Assembly (NCBI GenBank): GCA_965645245.1
Contig: OZ287069.1
Coordinates: 434,001 to 498,000, forward strand
DNA from: Massalongia carnosa
Lineage: Eukaryota
Length of the DNA: 64,000 bases
Reading direction: 5' to 3'
In this document: in pieces, positions 26,118 to 38,093 of the stretch
Position numbering within the stretch: the stretch's first letter is position 1
Layout of the letters: every line of letters starts with the position of its first letter
Notes under the pieces: model-generated
The model's input: only the letters and a program-made list of their open reading frames with translations
What the model was told of the DNA's origin: nothing
The model's database searches: none
Translations under genes and position numbers: made by a program

Positions 26118-27515
26118 ATGAACTGGAATGGTGGTTCCCTATCACGGTCCCGAAATGCAAAGACATCAATCTCCGCAGTCCAGAAGCGTTATTTTGCCAA
26201 AGTAAGAGGGACGGTACAGAAAAGGCCGCAGTCTCCACCGGACTTAGACCTTGCTCATTATAAGCGTCCCGTTCGAGTGGAGCGGTCTCCTTCAGGTTTA
26301 AGCCTGGCTCACGATCAGCCCCAAACCCCCGTCCTAGTTTCCTCACCTAGCATCGTTGCAGCTCACCATACACCACGCAGCCGAATTACGTCAACCGCTT
26401 CTCATAAGCGGCAGCCTATCTCTTCCTCTCCCCAATTACAATACAAGGATTCGAACCGTCAAGTTCTGCCTAAGGCTACTGTTAAGCTCTCTCGAGAGGA
26501 AGATATAGGAGCCAAAAGGGTTAAGCTTCTAGCTATGCCTGATTGGTGTGGAGTGAAGTTCTCCCAGAGATACTCTACCCCAGTAAAGATAAAATTCCCC
26601 GATATTGAAGATCGTGATCAGATTGGGAAAAGGCGCTCAGTCCGTGACGTTCATCAGAAACGGCGGCGATCAGATCATCGCCAACACCGCAAGCCTGAGA
26701 AGAGCAGCACTAAAGAGGACAGTCAACTGGCAACTCAACCATATAGCCTTCATAGCGAGAGAGTTTCGAATGAACAGATGAGACCGCCTCAGAGAGATAG
26801 CTCAAAAGCTAGAAAGACAATGACCTCGAAGCGTATCAGCCCGCCAATTAAATCAGATGAAATGCTATTCTCGTATGTGACTGCCACACAAATGAGCCCA
26901 TCCTCTAACTCGGACGAGTTACTTTTCGAAACTGAAACCATCCATCATCGTCGTCGACAAATTACTCCGCCGCACTATACAAGCTTACCAATACGAAGAT
27001 CATCACCGTGTCACCTGTTACAACAAAGGAAGATGTCGCTCACGGTTGAAGTTCCTCCTGAAAGTGGTATACAGGCCAACTTTGAGGGCGACCTCTCTTC
27101 ACGGCACCATCAAGATATCTTAGATACTTCTCTAAAGAATCCGACTACGCCTGAGCTGCCAGCAAAGGCTACTACTTCCGTTGAGGAGCCAGCGAAACAC
27201 GTCTTGCGCAATCTTAAGGAAGAGAGGCCGCAATCCGCGAATACTATATGGTACAATTTCGTTGGTGGACCTCAGCTTGAGAAGGATGAGCAGTACGATC
27301 ATGGCCCTAGAAGTAGACGTCATCAGCTAAGCATTACTATCAGCGGAGCTGAGATCTCTTCCATGAGCGTGCAGCCACCAACCCCTCCGTTATTAATTTC
27401 TTCTTCGCCAGACGTGTTAGGGTGGTCTAACGAACGACTGATCGAGCAGACGGTCGTCTTCAAAATACCTGCACGGTTCAATCCAAAGGTGCTTTTAGTC
27501 CAATTATACTCATGA
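26118..27515 (+). CDS. Mostly disordered S/R/P-rich protein with an N-terminal MNWxGG...QKxYF motif (possible HEIP1/C12orf40-like)
   Basis: 465-aa uninterrupted ORF beginning MNWNGGSLSRSRNAKTSISAVQKRYFAKVR. Confidence 0.6.
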   Translation: MNWNGGSLSRSRNAKTSISAVQKRYFAKVRGTVQKRPQSPPDLDLAHYKRPVRVERSPSGLSLAHDQPQTPVLVSSPSIVAAHHTPRSRITSTASHKRQPISSSPQLQYKDSNRQVLPKATVKLSREEDIGAKRVKLLAMPDWCGVKFSQRYSTPVKIKFPDIEDRDQIGKRRSVRDVHQKRRRSDHRQHRKPEKSSTKEDSQLATQPYSLHSERVSNEQMRPPQRDSSKARKTMTSKRISPPIKSDEMLFSYVTATQMSPSSNSDELLFETETIHHRRRQITPPHYTSLPIRRSSPCHLLQQRKMSLTVEVPPESGIQANFEGDLSSRHHQDILDTSLKNPTTPELPAKATTSVEEPAKHVLRNLKEERPQSANTIWYNFVGGPQLEKDEQYDHGPRSRRHQLSITISGAEISSMSVQPPTPPLLISSSPDVLGWSNERLIEQTVVFKIPARFNPKVLLVQLYS

Positions 27516-28835
27516 GAGTAACGAGTTAACAAATAGTGTCCTCCAGCAACTCCTATCAAGCCGAGAGTCTGCAATGATTTATAGGCCAAGCGCCTCCGAC
27601 CAAGATGACATTGAGGACTAAACTATGTCAAAGAGAAGTGACTTTGATGGCATCGGCACCCTAGGCTATTGCGTTCGCTATTCCTCCTGCGACCATCTCA
27701 TGGTATTTATCTGCTCGTACATACTCCGAATTTCCTCCATTGATTTTATTTCGTATATTAAACAATCCCTTCCAAAACCATCTTGCCAGATTCCCTTGTT
27801 CCCAAATGACAATCTCGTTCCACCCTCATCATCGGAGACAAGTTAACCTTATATAGCGCTTCCGCTAAAAAAAAAAAAAAAATACCGTCCTATCGTAATA
27901 TGCAACATCCGTTCAAACGCATGTCGTCCCTTGGCTCTTCAAACCTTCCACTTCTCCACCTACTGGTCTTGGTTCTTCACCTTAGGTCATACAGTCCGTA
28001 CAACCACCTCAGACTTTCCACCAAATTCCCTCCTCTTCTTCTGCTCTGCACCCCCGAGGTCGTATATCTCGACTAGCTCTGGCAACAAGCCAAAAAAATC
28101 ACAAAAAAAACCCCGGAAATCCCATTGGCGCAAAAATAGCAGAAGCAAACTAATAGTTTCCGGCACAAACAACAGCATAGAACGGAGGAACTGACGGGAT
28201 AAGGGAGGCGGAGAGTTGAGGACCTTGATGATGGATGAGTCCTGATAAATATCATTTATTGATGGAAGGCGGATGTAAGAAAAAGGGGGAGGAGTTGGCG
28301 AATGAAATCAATTGGAGATGAGCTGCTGCTGAGGGGAGCTTTGGGAGATTTGGAAGGGGAGAATGAGGAGGAGAGAGATAGAGTTGCGAAAAACAGGGTA
28401 TGAAACATACTAGAGATGGAAATGCAAAGGAAGGGCACGAAAAACATGAGTCTAAAGTTCTCTTCCAGGGGGAGAATTTGGGAGAATGAGAGATAGCTGG
28501 CAAAACAAACAAACGAAAAAACGGGAGAGTAGGGAGATGTGCTTTCTCTTAACGAGTATCCGAAGTGGGAAGTTTCTAGCTACTTCTAATAACGACACGG
28601 CCTAAGATGAAGATATGAGTGACATGAGCGATGGTCCTATTAGGCATTTACCCCCCTTATCCAACAAACTCCATCTCCCCTTTTCCCCCAACCCAAAAAT
28701 CATCCACGAGACTCTATGCTTGATGATAGAAAAGTGATATAAAGAACAGAACATGTATGGCTACGGGGAATCATAACATCACGCTATCATAGTATCCCTT
28801 CCCTCCTTAATCATTTCAAGGGCCGTAAACCCCCT

Positions 28836-30932
28836 TCAGCCTGGAGTTGTCACTCGCTGGCCACTAGCCAGCCGTTGGACAACCAGCTCGAGTTTCCTCA
28901 ACCGTTCAGCTTTCTGCTTCACTTCCTTCCGCAGCCGATTGATCTGCCTTTGCAGGTCACCCGAGCTGTGCGCTGCCGCCTCCACCACATTGTCGTCATC
29001 CCTGTCGGTCTGGTCGTTATCGTTGTCGTTGTCGTCGTCATCGTTATCGTCATCATCATCATCGCTGTTGTCATCGTTAGATTCTCGCTTGCGCTTTCGC
29101 TCATTCCCAGCACCGCCGCCAGCACCACCCGCTGGCTGGCACTTAGAAGACGCTGACGCCAAAACGGCAGTCCCTTTGACAAGCGGCAGCAACGACGGCG
29201 GCGGAGAGTCTTGCTCACCGCCGACCCCCCGGTGCACGCGGCGGAGGTGCTCGGAAAGGTTCTCCTTGCGGGAGAATCCCCGGCCGACGCTGCGCTTGCA
29301 GTCGCGGTAAGGGCACACACAACTTGCTTTGGGCCCGCCGTGCTGGCGGTGAACTTCCCGCTGATGTCGAAGTAAGCCGCCCGAGTAGGTGAAGCCTTGG
29401 ATTTTCTCGCACTCAGGCTCCTCGCAGACGTAGGGGCGGTTGTGCTTATCCATGTGTTTTCTGGAGGAGGTAAGGCTATTAGTGTCCACTTTCTTAGATG
29501 AGAGGTTGAGGGAGGGTTCTGAAGTGAAATGGCTCTAGGCCTTAATTAGGCAAACATACGTATATTCACATTTCCTTGAAAACACACGAGGCTCGACTGT
29601 ACAGTGTGGATAAAAGCAACAGAGCAAACCATTCTCATTTCTCGCCGGATCTATTGACCTGACGCTGCCATCTTGACGGGGTTGGAGGCTTTCTATCGTA
29701 CTGGATGAGGGCGCATAGGGGCCACCTGGACTTGGCCCGTATCTAGATGGCGATGACGACATGTCCTGAGTAGAGATGTCACCGTGAGAACTGGAATCTG
29801 GCATATCTTGTCGGGGGACCTTAAGGCTAGATCTAGGCCCGATGTTTCCAATAATGTCCGGGAAGGAGGTCACCGGTTGATACCTAAGATAAGGCTCCAC
29901 TTCGCCTTGCGGCTCAGTCCCTTGACGCGTCACAGGTAAAGTTTGAGGCTGATACTGATGCTGATGCTGTTGGTGTTGGTGTTGGCTAATAAGCTGTTGC
30001 CCGTTGCTGAAGGTACAACACTGCCCGTCTATAACTCTATCCCTTTGTATACAAGGCCGCAAACGAGTCGCTGAGGCCAAATCGAAGTCCAAATCGAGGT
30101 CCAAATCGGAGCTTGGTGATATGTAAGGATCTTCAGACGTGCTAATTGAATAATTAGGCACCAGATATCTAGGGATAACCGTAGAGCTATTACGAGCACG
30201 TGCCAAGTCCTGTGACAGCGCGTCGTGTGACTCATAGCTGGTGTTAGCGCGGTCGCCTGTGGATGGTGGCCATGCTGAATCTAGTGGCGGGTTTGGATAT
30301 GTATTCGTGTTAGTCCAATTTCCTGCTTCTGTTTCTGGTGATGAATCAGTGAATGAGACTTAGTATTAGTTCTGGAGTTACTCATAACACTTCATAAGGT
30401 GTAGCTTACGTGGATCTGTATTCGGAAAATAGTTCTCGCTTAAGAGGTCGGGGGCTAGCCAAGTCCGATTCCGAAATGGTACCCGCGTCATCCGAGTATT
30501 TGTAACATTGTCAAAGAATTTCCAACATACGCCCCATAAAATTACCAGCGAAGGCTTCACGTTCCATGGCCATGTTGTGTTGAGCGGTGGCTGGCCGTTG
30601 GGCCACTCCGCAAACCACCCTTTTTGGCTCAGATGCCTTTGTTGCCAGTATTGGTGCCAGTGTAGTATATCAGCTTCCAAGAGTTTCAAGGCATTGTGGA
30701 CCAAAGCTTCAGCGGCCGCTTGTTGCAAACACCGAAGGAGGTGCTCGAGATTGGCCACGAACTTCTCACATTTGAGATGATTGTCAACGCTGCTGCTGTC
30801 ATAGCCGCTTGACAAGACTTGGAGCCTGTTCAGCAACAGCGTCGTCAAATCAAGAATGTGGCGGAGTTCGGCGTTGCCGGTGGCAAAGGTAGCTCGTTGC
30901 GCATCATATCGAAGGAAGCGCTGATCTTGCAT
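28836..30932 (-). CDS. C2H2 zinc-finger transcription factor with N-terminal WPWNVKPSLVILWGVCW segment (exons about 30932-30410, 30334-29560, 29460-28836; may extend further 5')
   Basis: ORFs 30378..30932, 29535..30206 and 28836..29489 join in frame via GT-AG introns. Fingers CFYPHC...KHMDKH, CEEPEC...HQREVH, CPYRDC...HLRRVH; D/N-rich tract and C-terminal coiled coil. Confidence 0.75.
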
Positions 30933-33140
30933 AGCAACGTCACTGATCGAGTCGCCATCAGTCTTGGTATGAGAATCAAGGTCGTGGAGCAGCCTAGATT
31001 ATGCGGCATATCAGCTACAACCCTATATAAGAGCAGAATATATTCACGTTGATATCTCACGCTTCTGAACATATGGTTTTTCCTGGCCAGTCTGTGGCAA
31101 AGCGAAGCTTCTGCTGCGACTGTCAAGAGCGCTAGGTGGACAGTCAGCAGAGGTAGATCTCGGGGATCCGCCAACTATACTTATTGATTTTCTCAAACGC
31201 ACGAGCTTCAAAGTTGTCGTGGTGATATACTGTCAACGGATTAACCATTTGTCTACGTGCTTTGATCCGGGACTTGAAACACTCCTTGACGTAGAGCACA
31301 AGGCTAGCGAGCCTAATTGCTGCGTAAAGGGAAGGGGATGCTCGAGGACCTGTAACCGATCCGTTGTCTGAGACAACCATGTTGACAACCATGTTGGCGA
31401 CGAACTTTGGTAGGGTAAGGATGTTTGAGAGTCGGCGAAAGGTAAATCGTGATGCTTGAGATCTTATACTTAATATACTACAGAGTTGCCTGACGTTTTA
31501 ACTAGGCTTGGTCAACGATTGCCTTATTCTCAGTCCTTTTCGAGGCGTGGCCGTGAGTGCCAAGATTCAAAGCATTAGATAAATTGACAGAGATATGCGG
31601 GCCACATGAAATGTTACATCGAAATCGATGTAAACTACCATCATACAACGACAAACTGGGCGCCTGACTATATTGTGGGTTAGATTGTGAGGAAGTTGCG
31701 AGAGACAGGCTCTGACAGGTGTGGAATTTGCCGAAATACCTGAATATTTGCGACCGAGTTGCCTCAGTACCTCAGACGCTCTAGGAGCCGTCTAAGCCCC
31801 TCCGGGTTAGCCTTTTTCGCTAAGCTCCTTCGGATTAGCGTGCCAGCTAACTAACGTGGCTGCGATAGCACGTCTGAGCACAAAACTCAATATTACGGTC
31901 AGATATTCGTAATAAATCGTGTATTATTTTTCGACATTTTGACGTCTTGCTTTTTCGTTTGACACAGGCTATTTCTTCGAAAGAATTCAAGTAGAATTGT
32001 ATAGAAAGTTTCCTGAAATTCCTGTTCATTGTAAAGTTCATGTGGGCCGACAGGAAGTGGGCCACTAGGCGGCGGAGCACCAGATGCATTGGCTGAATTA
32101 GCTGAAGCACCGGAGGTGCCGAGGAGAGAAGGATCCATTGAGGCTCTAATTGCAGCGGACTGGCTGCGGGTGACCATGGAAGAATCGATGAGAAAGTTTG
32201 GCCTGAACGACGAAAGGTCAAATGATGCTGAAAGGCGAAAGCGGTAAAAAGCAGCACCCTTATTGCGATCACCGGATCGTGCTAATCCGGAGATATAGAG
32301 CAATTAGAATTGAAACGAGGAGATATTCTCTCAGCAGGCATTTACTACTGGAAGACGGGATTCACAGGACTACACAACGTGATGATCACAATAGAGGTAC
32401 AAATAGGTAGGATCGGGTCAAAGGATAGACTAAATGCTATCCTTTTGAAGTGCTTGATCATTAATCTATATAGAATAGAACAATCCACAATCTAAGCTCT
32501 TCTTTCATACCTTGCACATACTACCTGGTATTTTCGGTCTTCGAAACACTTGAGTAGATGAGACTAGGCAGGCGAGCTAGGAGAGGTGAGGCGAGGCGAG
32601 GGGATACTTCGTGTACTACGAAAACAACCTCCATGATAAGTTAAGTCCCCAGACTATGCCTAACTGGGTTAGACGGGACCTTATTGTCTTGGTGACTGTA
32701 CGGAGTACTCCGTACCTATCCCACATAGTCACATAGGCCAGTCTTACGTTCAACGAACGCATACTCGGCCTACCCTATTACAAGAAGCATTGAAAAAGGA
32801 CCTCTTTTCGATGAGAATTTTGAAATTATTACGATCAGGTGCTAGACACTTCAAGGAAATATCGCTGACAGAATGCACAGATATGAATGATCGACTGCAC
32901 TATCGAGAAAAGATATACGTTTCGAATTCACACGTCCTGAAGATGAGACTTCTTTGCAAGTCCGTTCACGATAGCGCCACACAACAAGCTGCGCAACAAG
33001 CTGCGCATCAGGCCGCGCAACATCAGCAGGCCTCGCAGCAACTGCCTGCTGCTGGTCCACCCTCTTCTCACCATACTCCGGGTCCCAGCGTACGGCTCCT
33101 CCACCAAGCTCTGTAGTCGATCATTTCGATCGAGTCAAGA

Positions 33141-34197
33141 TGTAATACGGATGGCGCTAGAGGGATACGTGATCGCCTAGGCGATTACGGGATTAACTAG
33201 CATGAGCCGAGCCGTAGTACGAAGTCGCATAACCGTCGAGGTTGCCACATCGCCATCTTGACACAACGCTACCTTGCCACAACGCCACCTTGCCACACAA
33301 CTTCGGATTAGTTGTTATCACGTTCTAGACTGCTTACAGATCAAACACCTGTCGAGGCCGCGGTGGTAGATTGCCATGGAGTGTAAGGCGAACTCCTGTG
33401 TGGACACTAGCCGGGAACTCTATATGGAATCTACTGGCCTACTCGGAGCTACTCGATCTCTTGATGGATCAAGAGTTGTAGCAGGAGGCACGGCTAGCTG
33501 GACGCAGCTTGAGCTCGGCCTCCCCGGTGTAAACTTCAGCTTCCACCTTTATTACTACGCTGGTAGTGATGTCGGCTGAATGAACCTACATGACCTCGTT
33601 GTCTAGACCTTGTGTCTAGAGGCAGGTCCGCAGTGTAGCGAGGGATTCAGTCGGAGGTAACCTTCTATCGCTACGTTGGTAGTGATGACGGCGAAATGAA
33701 GCTACATAGCCTCGGCGTCTAGACTTTATGTTTAGAGGCAGGCTAGCAATGTGGCGAGGGATCTAGCCGGAGGTAGAACTGTTCTACCTTGCAAGGGAAG
33801 ATCTAGAAGGCTGCTCGAGGCTGACTAGATGATCAGCGAACTTCGAGTTCGTGGATGAATCCTGAGAGATGATTGAATGTAAGATGAAAAGGTCAGATGT
33901 GGGTTGCAAGGCTCCTAAGGTTCCAAGAGGCTCCCAAGGCTATAGGCTTGAGGTGAGTAGAATAAATATCAGAACGAATCCTGTAGTATTCGTTAGCAAT
34001 TAGTCTTTATTCTATGAACAACCTATGTTTGACGAGATCTCTTGATCTAAGCACTTTCACATCCGTTAGTTCTTTGGATCACGTATACTCTCGGAGACCA
34101 GCACGTAGTAGCTATCTTTCACCTCTCACGCTGAGCATTTCCCCTTGCGAGATCAGTGTCGCTCGTGATTAGCTTACTGGTCTCGTACCCCTTTACA
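33141..34197. mobile_element. Solo LTR, 1057 bp, nested in the Gypsy integrase
   Basis: TGTAA...TTACA termini, 5-bp TSD CAAGA at 33136-33140 and 34198-34202. Removing it restores the integrase frame (VK|IFDLL). Confidence 0.85.
33555..33775. repeat. Diverged tandem duplication (116-bp period) inside the solo LTR
   Basis: ctacgctggtagtgatgtcggc...ggaggta (33555-33659) versus ctacgttggtagtgatgacggc...ggaggta (33671-33775). Confidence 0.8.
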
Positions 34198-35538
34198 CAA
34201 GATCTTTGATCTTCTGCAACGTCACTATTATTGACCACGATTCTATCAGTTCGTAGCAAGATACGTGCAACATTGTCAAGTTTGTGCACGAAGCAAGTCC
34301 TCTCGTCAAGAAAAAATGAGAGTCTTGAAATCGTTATCCGTCCCGAAGCGCCGCTGAAAAGATATTTCGATGAACTTCGTGACTGGGCTTTCAGAAAGTA
34401 GTGAATTCGACGTCATATTAGTGATGATCGATCGTCTATCGAAACGACGACACTTTTCTTTATGCCTCATCACGATTAATGCTCAGGAACTAGCTGAACT
34501 CTTTCTTCGAGATATTTGAAAATTACACGAGTTGTCAAGCACCGTAGTATCGAATCGCGGAATTCTCTTTGTATCGGAATTTTGAAAAAAGCTCTGTCAA
34601 CTACTGAGTATCAAGAGCCTGTTATCAACGACCTTTCATTCAGAAACGGACGATCAAATCGAGCGAGTAAATGTCTTCATGAAACAGTACCTTAAGGGCG
34701 GTTAGGGTATTCGGACATAGTCTTGAGATGGTCTCAAGATCCCGGACATGTCTTCGCTACACCGGAAGGTTACCGGTTTGTATGTTTTTTTGAGCGCTTT
34801 CCTGATTGAGATGATTCAACATTGTCCTGCACGTGTAAGATAGCTCAAAATTCTGCTTGTGTTTGGTGAGAAATATCTGCAGATTATATAAAGTCTGATA
34901 TCATTTGAGAAATACGATAGTCTTGAAAAGGATATATCTCAGTGAAATTCATATTGGCATGAACAGTGCTTTCCATTAAAGAGCATCTGACAATGATTTA
35001 AAGATCGTCACAGTTTTGACAAGATCTCAAGACCTTCAAGATCGTATTCCGGATAAAACGATCAGAAAACAATCCTATTAAAGAGATATCACGTCCATGC
35101 AACCTCGTTACAGCTGAGTTGTATTCGAGTTCACATGCTGTATTCGCCTAAATGATGATTAGGGAAACAAGTTATTGATTTAGTGACAGCTTCTAATTTA
35201 CAGCTCTATGAATGCTATCATCCTCATGCCATGTTTCCCGTTCTTGTTGCTGTCTCGCACGATCTAGTCTTGAATGGCTCCATCGAGTCATTCCCGTACC
35301 TCCTCTCACAACATGTATGAAACCGATGAAACAAGGCAGATAAGAGACGTGCCTTGAGAATCTGAAGAATAAGACTGTTAGCTTGAATTGCAATATGCGC
35401 AGAGAACACAACGTACCAAGCGACCATGTAGAAGAAAGGGCAGCCTGACGCAATAAATAAATTAGTCTCAGTTCTTTCATACAGGTTTGAATGCGATAGA
35501 TCAATCACCGAATTTATGATGGAGAGTGTCGGCAAAAC

Positions 35539-37583
35539 TCAGCTGTTCTGACCTGACAACCCCTTCTCGCCTGAGGAGATTCCAGAGGAGATTTCTAAAA
35601 CGGCCTTCTCGGAAACGTCCTTCTCGGAGACGTCCTTCTTGGAGACGTCCTTCTCGAAAATGGCCTTCTCGTTCTCCAAGAGAGTCTGCTTTGGCATGAC
35701 TCTAGGTTCTCTATCGTCTGCTAGCTGTAGTTGCATCATCATTGTCAGCAGAATGGGAAGAACTCTCACAAAACTTCAGCAGCATTGAGTATGCTCAAAC
35801 ATTGCTTGACATGTTGTTCTTCCACCCGCAATTTAGCTTTGATGGCATTCGACACTTTGCTTGGTAATTTGTCGTAAGTGACGTGAGGACTAATCCTCAT
35901 ATATTGCTGATCTTGACCAAACCGAGCATGAAAGAGTAGCCTCAACGCTCGATCAAGTATTTCCAACGTCTTAAGTCCTCGACAGTGTAGATTCTTGTCG
36001 GTGACAAGCTCAACAAGTGTCGCAAGTTCATTTCATCTTGATTGTATTGCTCCTGCTCGATTGAAGTTAGTTTGCTGTAATTTTGTCTCAACTTCTTGAT
36101 CGTTGTCGTCTCCAAAACAATATCTTTCAAGGCAGTTATCTCATCTCCGTCTTCATCACTTTGAAAAGCATCACTATCATCCGATGTCACCTCGAATTCT
36201 TCGTCATCTTGCAGCATTGTATCCGCGAATCTGTCAGGTCTCTGACGTTTTCGGGATGCAGGATTCGTGACTGTACTTTCGAGATCAATGTCCATTGAAT
36301 CTTGCACCATGATAGCTAAACTACCGCCGGTCTCCTCGTCAAACTCGACATTCATCGGACTATTTGAATCCTCTGTGCGAAGAAATTTCATTTCCTTCAG
36401 AATCTCGTGTCCTCTCTGACTCTCGTGTGCCTCTTTGACGTATTTATTCGACTCACAAGCAGGTTCTGCACCTCTGACGAAAAGGATCGAGTGGCTAAGT
36501 CCACCACGGCCTTGTCTGTTTGCTTGGAGTCTCGATATTGATCATGTGAGTTCTTTGTCACAACTCGAACAACCAACACCGGTTCGGTTTGAGAAACCTG
36601 CAAGAGAATGCAACGATTAGTCTTTCGTATCGGTACGAAGGAATTTCACGCTCTTTTCAGATAACATACCCGAATTACTCGAGACCAAGCCTGAATTTCT
36701 GAAGGTGCATTGATGGCTAGCGTTGCCACTAAAACCTGACAACAACATCGATCCAGATTTACTCCTTGTGCCGACACCTGATACATTATTATCAAAATCA
36801 GCAAGGAATCTTTAGGATCGTTGAATCTTTTGACAATATTCACGCGCTCTAAATCCGTCAATCCAGCGTTTAACACTCCGGTCTCCACGTATGCAAAATT
36901 AACACACACTATCCCAGAAAAAGGCGTTGAGTGGTACATCTCCTGTAATCAGCAACTTTCGTGGCTTGTCCGTAATGGTATGTGGCAACACATAAGTATG
37001 AATTTGATATAGTATGTATCTCATGGTGGGAGCACCGTAGGTCAGAAATTTGAGTTTTTCCGAACCAGTAGTAACATCAGAGTCTCCTTCTCATTTCACA
37101 AGATTAATGATATGATGAGCAGTCACGCCTTTTGCTCGAAATCGGTTGATATCGTTGGCCAAGGTGTTATGACCTATTTTTCAAAGCATGCGGTCGAGTC
37201 TACTGAGAAGAAGGGAGGCACTCACGAGAGTTAAATGTCATAATGGTGCTATGATGTGTGAGAAATTATCGAATCCAGCTTTCTGAATAGCTGTCATTTG
37301 TGGTTTCTCCGTCTTCTTGCTCTTTCAATCTTTTATAGCTTGAACAAGTTCCCTGCATTCATACATTAGCTTTAATTTGCTCCTCAGATTCATATCGATA
37401 TGAAGGATAAGCCAATCGGGCATGAGCTCTATGTACTCATTGGGACTCCGCTGCTTCTTCTTCTCGATATGGCTCATTCTTGAAAAACTTGACATGAGTT
37501 TCCAAGTTCTCATTCGTCATCTTCTTATCTAGGTATATCCTTCTTTACTGCTCTCCTCGTTTTTCTAGGCGTGATCGGGATCG
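35539..37583 (-). pseudogene. Truncated SNF2-like (superfamily 2) helicase C-terminal domain plus acidic tail
   Basis: RKLLITGDVPL, ERVNIVKRFNDP, SAQGVNLDRCC, EIQAWSRVIRV|SQTEPVLVVRV (motifs IV-VI). Several in-frame TGA stops and a frameshift; no Walker A or DExH motif visible. Confidence 0.6.
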
Positions 37584-38093
37584 CCTGAAAAAAGGTAAGT
37601 TAAAAGCTTTAGATGAAGATATCATAAGGAATAAACATTTTCTTTCATGATGTGGATAAGTAGAGGCTGAAACCTGTGATAGTGTAATGTGTGATGAGGT
37701 TGTATCTCAAAATCAAGTCAGGCGATCATACCAGTTTAAGAACTAATGATCGAGAAGAGATCGATAGTAGTACTCAGATGAAAAAGGAACGAGCAACAGG
37801 ATTGAAAGAATAAATCAATGACGGATGGGAAGGAAGGTAAGAAAGGTAAAGATGAAAGAGGATAGATTAAGTGAAATGAAGATCAACGTTAATCTTTTGG
37901 GCTAGCGAAAGTGTTGTCCTAAATTCACACAACATCAGTTCAGTCGTCATGACTATTTTTTTTACAAAAAGTTGACTCTCCATGTACAATGTAACAAATC
38001 CATATCTGATTCTATGTTACTGTTTGAACTTATTGTCGACACGACGACATGTGAGGATACTGGCTCATTGAGCGTACGATTAACAGGATCAAT

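Larger units (their letters stand above)
32778..34692 (+). mobile_element. Degenerate Ty3/Gypsy retrotransposon pol fragment (integrase HHCC zinc finger and catalytic core), split by two insertions
   Basis: LHYREKIYV...HDS|SVVDHFDRVK|IFDLLQRHYY*PRFYQFVARYVQHCQVC...*KDISMNF...IDRLSK...DI*KLH...FHSETDDQIERVN. In-frame TGA at conserved Trp positions. Confidence 0.85.

Noticed and set aside
33555..33775. Spaced repeats as a CRISPR-like array
   Set aside because: Only two long diverged units inside an LTR of a eukaryotic genome; no repeat-spacer architecture.
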